Positions 1 to 7,609 of a DNA stretch of 32,000 nt are shown here, piece after piece. Under the pieces are notes generated by a model, which was not told where the DNA came from, did no database searches, and saw nothing but the letters and a program-made list of their open reading frames with translations. Numbering within the stretch: the stretch's first letter is position 1; every line of letters begins with the position of its first letter. The translations under genes and the position numbers were made by a program. Origin of the DNA: Candidatus Nitrospira inopinata (GTDB lineage: Bacteria > Nitrospirota > Nitrospiria > Nitrospirales > Nitrospiraceae); contig NZ_LN885086.1 of assembly GCF_001458695.1 (NCBI RefSeq), positions 960,001-992,000 of the forward strand, given 5' to 3'.

Positions 1-311
1 TGGGCACTCGAATCTCACGGAAGCCGTAGAGATCGGCCCAACGCCTCGCAGTCTCCTCGATCAACCTCCATCGGGGCGTCTCTTCCGGCAGGACGTCTTT
101 GACTCCTTTGATCCCCTTGATCGTATTCATGAAGTCCTTTGAAGTCCTTCTTCCATGGGTGACCCGTCGACGTACGCGGCGGACTATAACGACGCCCTCC
201 GAAACAAGTCAACGGAGAGAGGCGTTATCCCCGACGAAACCATTCTTGCGCCGAGTGTTCAGGGGGGGTATAGTGCGCCCCTGCACTAAACCCAGGGAGT
301 CTCGACGTTTC

Positions 312-1802
312 ATGATGGAACACGAACGGTCGACCGGCCGGGTGATCGCGATCGGGCCGATGCCCCCCGAAAAATGCGCGTACGCGTTGGCGCGCTACAG
401 CCGTTCACCGGACTCCATTGAAAACAGCATCCGGTGGGTTCACGGCCACTCGTCGGAGAAGTTTTGGGAGCAGTTCTACTTCGACTACGGCCATGCTTCC
501 ATCGCCGACCTCGGCCACGTCGTCATCTGCTTCGAAGACATCTCGGAACTGGCGGCGATTCGATTGGAGGACGAGCCGCTCTGGGACGGCCAGGCCAAAT
601 CCAGTCGGTACCAAAATTTCGCCGTCGGCCGGTGGTTCGTGCCCCATCACATCCGAGGCCGTGAAACCGAGGCCGTCTACGAAGGAATCCTCCGGAGCCT
701 CTCCGAGGCGTATCGACTGTTGCACGACCCGTTGATCGCCTCTCTCTCCGAGCGGGAACCTCGGCCGCAGACGATGAGTCAGGCCGATTACCAGCGCAGG
801 ATCGCGGCACGCGCCTTCGATGTGACGCGATATCTCCTTCCGCTTGCGGCCACGACCAACGTGGGACAGGTCGTGAGCATTCGAACGTTGGAGAAGCAAA
901 TGACGCGCTTGCTGTCGTCCCCATTGACGGAATTGCGAGCGATCGGCGAAAAATTGCAGGAGGCCTGCCGGCGCCCGCCGGTCACGCTCTGGAACGAGCT
1001 CTGCGGCGAGAACGCCCTCTGTGCCGACCCGCTGGCTCCGACGTTGGCGAGGCACGCCAAGGCCAACCCCTATCTGGCGTCGGTGTATTCGGACCTGGCC
1101 CGCCACGCGAAAGAAGTCCTGCGCGGCGGGGGACTCGACCGGCCGGATCAGTGGAGCGCCGTCGAGCCGGTCGACCTGATCGAGCCCCATCATCCGTTGG
1201 ACGAAATCGTCGCGACGCTCTTGTACCGTGTCGCGCACGCTCCGTATCGGCACGTTCTGGCCGTCGTGCGGGATTGGTCCGAAAAACAAAAGCGCGAGAC
1301 GATCGAAGTCGCCATCAAGCGGCGGGGGCCCCATGACGAGCTGATCAAAGAGTTTCGGAGCGGCTACGCCATTCTGTTCGACGTGCTCATGGACATCGGC
1401 GCCTGGCGCGACCTTCATCGCCACAGACGTTGCCAGCAGGTACAGCAGAATTTTACGACCCTGCACGGGTATGACGTCCCTCCGCCGTTGATCGCGGCGG
1501 GTTTGGATCGGGACTATCGGCAAGCCATGGACGCCGTGCGCGGGGACATCGAGCTTCTCAAGAAGGAAGACCAAGAGGCGGCGCTCTATGCCATCCCGTT
1601 CGGTTTCAAGGTGCGGTGCCTGTTTAAGATGGACTATGCGGAGGCGGAGTACATCGCCAAGCTCCGATCCGGCGTCAAAGGCCATTGGTCTTATCGCACG
1701 GTTGCCTGGCAGATGAAGCAAAGGCTGGCCGCACGATATCCCGCGTTGGGTGAACTGATCCAGGCGACGCCCCCCGACGTCGAAGACGCCTTGAATCGAT
1801 GA
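312..1802 (+). CDS. ThyX-like (FAD-dependent thymidylate synthase family) protein, long 496-aa form
   Basis: Long ORF 99-1802. I place the start at ATG 312 (MMEHERSTG...) because the 71 upstream codons are Arg/Thr/Pro-rich and look non-coding. 'WRDLHRHRRCQQ' resembles the ThyX RHR signature, and 'CAYALARYSRS' resembles the conserved N-terminal ThyX segment. The Ser of the RHRxxS motif is not present. Confidence 0.55.
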   Translation: MMEHERSTGRVIAIGPMPPEKCAYALARYSRSPDSIENSIRWVHGHSSEKFWEQFYFDYGHASIADLGHVVICFEDISELAAIRLEDEPLWDGQAKSSRYQNFAVGRWFVPHHIRGRETEAVYEGILRSLSEAYRLLHDPLIASLSEREPRPQTMSQADYQRRIAARAFDVTRYLLPLAATTNVGQVVSIRTLEKQMTRLLSSPLTELRAIGEKLQEACRRPPVTLWNELCGENALCADPLAPTLARHAKANPYLASVYSDLARHAKEVLRGGGLDRPDQWSAVEPVDLIEPHHPLDEIVATLLYRVAHAPYRHVLAVVRDWSEKQKRETIEVAIKRRGPHDELIKEFRSGYAILFDVLMDIGAWRDLHRHRRCQQVQQNFTTLHGYDVPPPLIAAGLDRDYRQAMDAVRGDIELLKKEDQEAALYAIPFGFKVRCLFKMDYAEAEYIAKLRSGVKGHWSYRTVAWQMKQRLAARYPALGELIQATPPDVEDALNR

Positions 1803-1815
1803 CGGCCCGCTCCGT

Positions 1816-2853
1816 ATGAGCCTCCATCAACTGGAATGCGAAGCCGCCATCCTGGCCGGATCGTGGGAAACGCTCCTGGCCCGGGCTCAGGCCTGGAGCA
1901 GGGAGTTGGAGGCCGCCGGAACGGCGGACCCATGTCCCCACTTCGCGATGAACGTCGTCTACCTCTTGCAGGGGCGGTTCGCCGAAGCCTGGAAAGTCCA
2001 TGCGCGTTGTCTTGAGGCCGCGGACGATATCGCCAGAGTCCGGTTCTGGGTCGATTCTCTCCTCGAACGACAATCGGACAACGGCCATGTCCATCTCGTC
2101 CGGGGCCTCTTCCTGTCCCAGTCGGGTTTTTCAGAACAGTCGATGTCCTGCTACAAGGAGGCGGCGAGACTGAACCCGCAATCCGCCCATCCCCATTATT
2201 TTCTTGCCCAGATTCACCAGCGGGCGAACCGACTCGAAATGGCGATCAAGGAATATAAGGAGGCCGTGCGGTTGGAACCCTCTTTCGCCTCGGCGCGGAC
2301 CAATCTGGGTGTGGCGTATCAAGAACAGGGCCGGCTCGAAATGGCGATCAAGGAATACCGGGAAGTCATCAAGTTGCAGCCGAACGATCCGGTGGCTCAC
2401 GCGAATTTGGGGTGCGCCTTGGCCGAGCAGGGCAAGATGGAGCCGGCGCTTCAGTCCTACAAAGAAGCCCTGCGGTTGAACCCGAACGACGCGGAGGTGC
2501 ACTTTGCCATGGGGGGACTGTATGAGACGCGGGGTCGGCTCGACTTGGCGCAGAAGAGTTACCGTGACGCCCTCCAAGCCGACCCACACTTCGGTCAGGC
2601 CCATTCCGCCTTGGGGTGGTTGGCGCTTCGGAAGGACCGGCTGCAGGAAGCGCAGGAGGCGTTCAATCGGGCCCTTGCGTGCAACGCCGAGGACGCCGCC
2701 GCCTATCACGGCCTGGCGGAGATCTACGCCCTGCGCGGCAAGCGACAAAGCGCCATGGAGAACTACAGTAAGGCGCTCAGGTATTATCGCGATCCGGAAA
2801 AGAAAAATCAGATTATGAACCAGCTCTTTCAGGAAGGTCAGGTGGGGGACTAG
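1816..2853 (+). CDS. TPR-repeat protein (345 aa)
   Basis: Complete ORF starting 14 nt after the upstream stop. It has consecutive 34-aa TPR units, e.g. 'RLEMAIKEYKEAVRLEPSFASARTNLGVAY', 'RLEMAIKEYREVIKLQPNDPVAHANLGCAL' and 'PALQSYKEALRLNPNDAEVHFAMGGLY'. Confidence 0.85.
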   Translation: MSLHQLECEAAILAGSWETLLARAQAWSRELEAAGTADPCPHFAMNVVYLLQGRFAEAWKVHARCLEAADDIARVRFWVDSLLERQSDNGHVHLVRGLFLSQSGFSEQSMSCYKEAARLNPQSAHPHYFLAQIHQRANRLEMAIKEYKEAVRLEPSFASARTNLGVAYQEQGRLEMAIKEYREVIKLQPNDPVAHANLGCALAEQGKMEPALQSYKEALRLNPNDAEVHFAMGGLYETRGRLDLAQKSYRDALQADPHFGQAHSALGWLALRKDRLQEAQEAFNRALACNAEDAAAYHGLAEIYALRGKRQSAMENYSKALRYYRDPEKKNQIMNQLFQEGQVGD

Positions 2854-2878
2854 AGAAGAGACGAGGAAACGACGGACG

Positions 2879-3184
2879 CTAGAGGTCGCGAATCGCTCCT
2901 TGGAGCACGGTGATCTGCGTTACGGGATCGCCCGCATTTTTCAGCTCAGTTCTGATCTGGTCCTTCAAATAGGATGAGTAGCCGACGCGATCGACCAGGA
3001 GATCGAGGAACCGCTCCGCCGGCAACAGGCTCTGTTGTTTGAGTTCTTCGACCGTTTCGTCGCTGACGGGGACGTAAGTGCTGCCGATGTGGAAGACCAC
3101 GTTGTAGTGCCGCCCGTTCCCGATGCGCTCGAACCGTAGACCTTTCACCGCTCCCTCCTCTGAACGCTCAGCGAACCGGCCCAT
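2879..3184 (-). CDS. hypothetical small protein (101 aa)
   Basis: ORF 2879-3271. The internal ATG at 3184 (MGRFAERSEEG...) gives a product with normal composition, whereas the 29 codons upstream are Arg/Cys/His-rich. No recognisable domain and no clear SD. Confidence 0.4.
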   Translation of the reverse strand: MGRFAERSEEGAVKGLRFERIGNGRHYNVVFHIGSTYVPVSDETVEELKQQSLLPAERFLDLLVDRVGYSSYLKDQIRTELKNAGDPVTQITVLQGAIRDL

Positions 3185-3334
3185 TCTAGACAGGTTTCTG
3201 CATCGAAGACAAGGGTGCCCCCGTCCATACCAGTGAACGAGACGGGGTCCTTTGCTCCGGTGGACAGCCACGCCGAGACGCCATTAAGATGCAGCCGTAT
3301 CGGCGACGGCACGGGAACAAGATCTGATTCGGCG

Positions 3335-4810
3335 ATGACGGTCCACGACCTGATTGAATCCTGCCTCTCCCGCCTTCACGCGGAACAAAAACGGATCGTC
3401 GAAGGAGGGCAAGAGACGTGTGTCGCGGTACCTCCGGGTCGATTGGTGCGGACGATCGGAGGCCTTCACCTGTATGAATTCATCGTGCCCGCCGGAGTTT
3501 CGCTTCCGATCGACGTCGCCGTTGCCGTCGTCCCGAGCAACGACACGGAACCCACCGAGGGGATCACCCTGAGCCAAACCGATCGGGCGGCTCTTGTGCA
3601 GACGGCGGAGGTGCTCGGAGACCCCGTGCCATCCGCAACCTTGATTCCGGATCTCGCCGGGCATCTCAACATCACTGCCGACCGATTGGAGGACATGATC
3701 AAGAAAGGCGAGGCCTACACTCTCGGGCCGGCCGAACGGTTGGTTCCCCTGTTCCAGGAGGGAGAACGGCGCAGACGGATTCCTCCCGAATCGTCGGCCC
3801 TGACCATGGTTTGGCTGGAGGACCGATTACTGCGGCGACAGCGGTTGGCTGACTTGACGGTGGACCTCGTCCGCGCCAACAAGCGAGTCCTGTTGCTCAG
3901 TCCGGACCACCACGAATCGGACCGGGCGACGGGCGCCGTCGCGCGCGCCATGAAGGCCGCGGGGCTGAGCTATCGGACGTTGATCAGCCGGTACGAAGTG
4001 CCGCTCCTTGGCGAAAGCGGCGGTATCGCCCTGCAGGAGCTGGGATTCGAAGCGCAAGTCCATCGATTTTACGCCCAGTCGCAATCCGAAAAGGCTTCGC
4101 TCCGACGGAAGTACGAGCGGTTCCGAGAGCTTGCCCCGCTGATGACCTCCAAAGCGCAGAAACAGAAAGACCTGGACGAGGTTCGGTTGCTCGAATGGCG
4201 ACTCGTCTCTCGACTGAGGGATCTTCAAGCCCAATCGGCCGATGTCGAGACCACGCTCACCCACTACGAGAACCTGCCGTTGTTCCAGCGGTTGACGATG
4301 CAGGCGGTCGGAAAGAACAGGGAGTCCCTTGACCAATACCGCCGGCTGTATCAACGGCAGATGGAGACGTTGCACAAAGAGATCGACCTGGCCCAGGCGC
4401 GGATTCGGGAATTGGCGCCAGAAGCCGCCGTCTCGCGCGATCTGAAACAGGAGTATGATGAGCTGAAGGAAGCCATGGCGAAGCTGGGGGGGACGAAAAA
4501 AATTCGGGAACTGTTGGCCGCCGAGGCGGACCCGAACCGGCAGGCGTTCCTTCAACATCGCCGGCTGGTGGCCGCCACGCCGGGGCGGGTGGCCGGCGAT
4601 CCGTTGTTTGGCCGTGTTCGGTTCGACGTGCTGATCGTCGATGAAGCGCCGCGCATCGCGGTGGTTCACCTGTTGGCTGCGGCCGGTCTGGCGCGTGAAC
4701 GGCTGGTGCTGAGCGGCGATCCGAACGAGATCGACTCGACCGGGCAATGGGCGGTTTCCGACCCCGGCGTCTCCGCGATGCGTCCGTCTCCGTCACGGAC
4801 GCTTGCTTGA
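3335..4810 (+). CDS. SF1 (Upf1/DNA2-like, AAA_11-type) helicase-related protein, degenerate and lacking the C-terminal RecA2 half (491 aa)
   Basis: 'RFDVLIVDEAPRIAVVHLLAAAGLARERLVLSGDPNEI' matches helicase motif II/III context (FDvvIiDEAsQ ... vLvGDhkQL). The expected Walker A position reads 'LLLSPDHHESDRATG', with no GxxGxGKT. A long coiled-coil-like insert lies between them (KASLRRKYERFRELAP...LKEAMAKLGG). The ORF stops about 25 aa after motif III, 80 nt before the tRNA. Start chosen at ATG 3335. Confidence 0.5.
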   Translation: MTVHDLIESCLSRLHAEQKRIVEGGQETCVAVPPGRLVRTIGGLHLYEFIVPAGVSLPIDVAVAVVPSNDTEPTEGITLSQTDRAALVQTAEVLGDPVPSATLIPDLAGHLNITADRLEDMIKKGEAYTLGPAERLVPLFQEGERRRRIPPESSALTMVWLEDRLLRRQRLADLTVDLVRANKRVLLLSPDHHESDRATGAVARAMKAAGLSYRTLISRYEVPLLGESGGIALQELGFEAQVHRFYAQSQSEKASLRRKYERFRELAPLMTSKAQKQKDLDEVRLLEWRLVSRLRDLQAQSADVETTLTHYENLPLFQRLTMQAVGKNRESLDQYRRLYQRQMETLHKEIDLAQARIRELAPEAAVSRDLKQEYDELKEAMAKLGGTKKIRELLAAEADPNRQAFLQHRRLVAATPGRVAGDPLFGRVRFDVLIVDEAPRIAVVHLLAAAGLARERLVLSGDPNEIDSTGQWAVSDPGVSAMRPSPSRTLA

Positions 4811-4889
4811 CGCGGGAACGGAGAATTCAGGATAATCCTTCCCCCCGGCTCATCACGGTCCGGTATCGGTTTCAGAGCCGCGTTTGAAT

Positions 4890-4976
4890 GCCGAAGTGGC
4901 GGAACTGGCAGACGCACTAGATTCAGGGTCTAGCGCCCTCACGGGTGTCCGGGTTCAAATCCCGGCTTCGGCACCA
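4890..4976 (+). tRNA. tRNA-Leu (anticodon CAG), class II with long variable arm, CCA encoded
   Basis: Cloverleaf folded by hand. Acceptor is GCCGAAG/CTTCGGC. Anticodon stem is CTAGA/TCTAG with loop TTCAGGG (anticodon CAG). Long variable arm CGCCCTCACGGGTGT. T-arm is CCGGG-TTCAAAT-CCCGG, followed by ACCA. Confidence 0.93.
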
Positions 4977-5303
4977 ACCCAGCTCCTATGCAGGGCCGGA
5001 GAAGCATCTCCGCAAGTTTTGATTCCCGTGCGATGTGATCCCCTTCGGAGCCGTCCCTGTAGGTACCTTCCTCGTCTCCAGCAGGGAGATCTTGTGAGCG
5101 AAAGCGCGTAGAATCCCGCCCGAATCGAACGCCACCGCCCCGAGATCATCCATCTGCGGAGGGACGTATGCAAAAGAAGTTGACGGACCAGGATCGGCTG
5201 GGGGCCGAGATCGATCGACTCGTCGAGGCGTCGGTTGATACTCCCTCTTGCCTCTTTGACGACCAGTGCTTCACAATGACAGAGGCAGCAACGATGGTGC
5301 CTC

Positions 5304-7556
5304 ATGGGAGTCCGATCGGCCGGGTGGAGAGGGCGGGCCACGGCGGAGAGAACCGTGCTCGCCTTGTCGGCGGGCTTGCTCCTCTCTCTCGGCGCTCAGG
5401 CGGACGATCGGGCCATGGAGCGTCCGGGCTTTGCGCTCATTGCGCGAGACGGCTCCGGCTCCGTCGGCCGGTACAGTTCCGTCGCGATCGGCGCCGACGG
5501 GCTCGGCCTCATCAGCTATTACGACGAAACCAACGGGGACCTCAAGGTCGCCCACTGTTCCAATCCCGCCTGTACGTCCGCCACGATCAGCACCCTGGAT
5601 GACAAGGGAAACGTGGGGCTCTACACCTCCCTTGCGATCGGCGCCGATGATCTGGGGCTCATCACGTACTATGACCAAACGAACGGGGACCTCAAGGTGG
5701 CCCACTGCGCCGACGTCGCCTGCACCTCGGCGACTCTGACGGCACTGGATCGTCACGGGGACATCGGGCAGTACACCTCCGTCACGATCGGAACGGACGG
5801 GCTTCCCCTCATCACCTACTACGACGTCACCAAGGGAGATCTGAAGGCCGCGCACTGTAGCGACGTCGCGTGCCGCACGGCGACGATCACGACCTTGACC
5901 TTTCTCCAGGCCGAAGAGGACGTCGGGCGCTTTACGTCGGTGACCATCGCCGGGGGCCAGCCCCTCATCAGCTATTACGATGTCACCGACCAGTATCTGA
6001 AGTCGGCGCTGTGCCCGGACATCGCGTGCACGGAGCCGACCTTGACGACGACGCCGGACAAGACCGGCAACGTGGGGCAATACAGTTCAATTGTGATGGG
6101 GATGGATGCCCGGCCCCTCATCACCTATTACGACGAAACCAACGGGGACCTCAAGGTCATCCACTGCACGGAAGTCCTCTGTGTCGCCGGCACCCGCACC
6201 GTTCTGGACGGCGACGGCGATGTGGGTCAGTCCACGTCGATCACGATCGGCGCCGACGGTCTGGGGTTCATCAGTTATTACGATAAAACGAACGGCGACC
6301 TCAAAGTCGCCCACTGCGCCGATACGACCTGCACGACGGCCACGATCAAGACCGTCGACGGGGCTGGCGACGTCGGACAAGACACCTCCGTCACGATCGG
6401 GACGGACGGGCTCCCCCTCATCACCTATTACGACGTCACCAACGGCGACCTCAAGGTGGCGCACTGCGAAGACCCGGACTGTGCCACGGCGACGGTGACG
6501 CCGCTGGACGGCGCGGCGATCAATGTCGGGACCTCGACCTCGATCGTCATCGGCGCCGACGGTCTGGGGTTCATCGGTTATTACGATAAAACGAACGGCG
6601 ACCTCAAAGTCGCCCACTGCGCGGACCGAACCTGCGCCTCCGCCACTATCACGACCGTGCAGAGTGACAACGACGTGGGACAATACGTGTCCGTGGCCAT
6701 CGGGGCGGACGGCCTGCCGTTGATCAGTTATTACGACGCGACCCACGGCGATCTGCGCGTCGCCCACTGCGCCGACACGCTCTGCACCCAGTCTAGGCAC
6801 CGGGCCATCGACGAAACCGGTCACGTCGGTCAATACACCTCGATTGCGATTGGAACCGACGGCCTGGGACTGATCGGCTACTATGACGTCACGAACGGGG
6901 ACCTCAAAGTGGCCCACTGTGTCGATCGTGAATGTACGACGGCCGATGTCAGGACCCTGGCCAGCAGGGGCGACGTCGGCCGATACACCTCGATCACGAT
7001 CGGCTCTGACGGCTTGCCGGTGATCAGTTACTACGACGCAACCCGCGGAGACTTGCGGGTCACCCACTGCGCCGATGTCGCTTGCCAGGCGGCGCGCGAC
7101 CATCCCGTCGATCGAGCGGGCGACGTGGGGCGGTACAATTCCCTCGCCGTTGGAACGGACGGCCTGCCGTTGATCAGTTACTACGACGCGACGAAAGGTC
7201 TTCTCAAAGTCGCCCATTGCGCCGACGTGGAATGTCGTCGGGCGAGGACGACCGTGCTTCACAGTCGAGGCCACGTCGGACAGTTCACGTCCGTGACGAT
7301 CGGCGTGGACGGTCTGGGCTTGGTCGGTTATTACGACGTGACGAAGGGGGATCTGCGCGTCGCCCACTGCGCCGATGTGGAATGTCGCAAGGCCACCCAC
7401 GTCGTCGTGCAGGAAGAGGGGAACGTCGGACAGTTCACGTCCATCGCGATCGGAGTCGACGGCCGGCCGTTGATCAGTTACTACGACGTCACCAACGGCG
7501 ACCTCAAGGTGGCCCACTGTTCCAACAGCCTCTGCGTGCCGTATCACCGCCGGTGA
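5304..7556 (+). CDS. secreted tandem-repeat protein: 14 x ~50-aa repeats (beta-propeller-blade-like), each with a C-x4-C pair (750 aa)
   Basis: N-terminal signal peptide (RATAERTVLALSAGLLLSLGAQA/DD). This is followed by 14 copies of the consensus 'GDVGQYTSIAIGxDGLPLISYYDVTNGDLKVAHCADxxCxxAT'. All 28 Cys of the protein lie in these C-x4-C motifs, and 13 of 14 are preceded by His. Confidence 0.85.
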   Translation: MGVRSAGWRGRATAERTVLALSAGLLLSLGAQADDRAMERPGFALIARDGSGSVGRYSSVAIGADGLGLISYYDETNGDLKVAHCSNPACTSATISTLDDKGNVGLYTSLAIGADDLGLITYYDQTNGDLKVAHCADVACTSATLTALDRHGDIGQYTSVTIGTDGLPLITYYDVTKGDLKAAHCSDVACRTATITTLTFLQAEEDVGRFTSVTIAGGQPLISYYDVTDQYLKSALCPDIACTEPTLTTTPDKTGNVGQYSSIVMGMDARPLITYYDETNGDLKVIHCTEVLCVAGTRTVLDGDGDVGQSTSITIGADGLGFISYYDKTNGDLKVAHCADTTCTTATIKTVDGAGDVGQDTSVTIGTDGLPLITYYDVTNGDLKVAHCEDPDCATATVTPLDGAAINVGTSTSIVIGADGLGFIGYYDKTNGDLKVAHCADRTCASATITTVQSDNDVGQYVSVAIGADGLPLISYYDATHGDLRVAHCADTLCTQSRHRAIDETGHVGQYTSIAIGTDGLGLIGYYDVTNGDLKVAHCVDRECTTADVRTLASRGDVGRYTSITIGSDGLPVISYYDATRGDLRVTHCADVACQAARDHPVDRAGDVGRYNSLAVGTDGLPLISYYDATKGLLKVAHCADVECRRARTTVLHSRGHVGQFTSVTIGVDGLGLVGYYDVTKGDLRVAHCADVECRKATHVVVQEEGNVGQFTSIAIGVDGRPLISYYDVTNGDLKVAHCSNSLCVPYHRR
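6247..6319 (+). repeat. intragenic 73-nt near-identical DNA repeat, copy 1 (repeat unit 6 of the 14-repeat gene)
   Basis: tcggcgccgacggtctggggttcatcAgttattacgataaaacgaacggcgacctcaaagtcgcccactgcgc differs at one position from the copy at 6550-6622, which is 303 nt downstream. Confidence 0.9.
6550..6622 (+). repeat. intragenic 73-nt near-identical DNA repeat, copy 2 (repeat unit 8)
   Basis: 72/73 identity to 6247-6319. Other repeat units are much more diverged at the DNA level. Confidence 0.9.
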
Positions 7557-7609
7557 CGGCGAAGAAGACCGCATCGGCCACGGCCGATCATTCCCTCGGA
7601 GTCTCCGGC

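Noticed and set aside
99-311. An N-terminal 71-codon extension of the ThyX-like ORF, and the 65-aa minus-strand ORF at 15-212.
   Set aside because: Both have Arg/Thr/Pro-rich composition, no domain signal and no SD. They are most likely non-coding upstream sequence.
405-1721. Long antisense or off-frame ORFs nested in better genes. This includes the 438-aa one here, and likewise 3827-4747, 5271-6080, 6087-7883, 8282-9202, 10504-11340, 11172-13043, 13939-15189, 20265-21278, 21591-22550, 23292-24152, 24216-24980, 28279-29178 and 30574-31245.
   Set aside because: Their translations are Arg/Gly/Pro/His-rich low-complexity sequence, typical of wrong-frame reading of GC-rich coding DNA. Each is fully covered by an ORF with clear domain signatures on the other strand or frame.
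4890-7556. A tRNA-Leu-anchored genomic island.
   Set aside because: I found no integrase, no recombinase and no obvious direct repeat of the tRNA 3' end downstream. Only one gene separates the tRNA from the housekeeping gcvP.
7573-7588. An inverted repeat ATCGGCC-AC-GGCCGAT between the convergent repeat-protein gene and gcvP, as a possible terminator.
   Set aside because: The stem is only 6-7 bp with a minimal loop, and there is no T tract on either strand. This is too weak to call.
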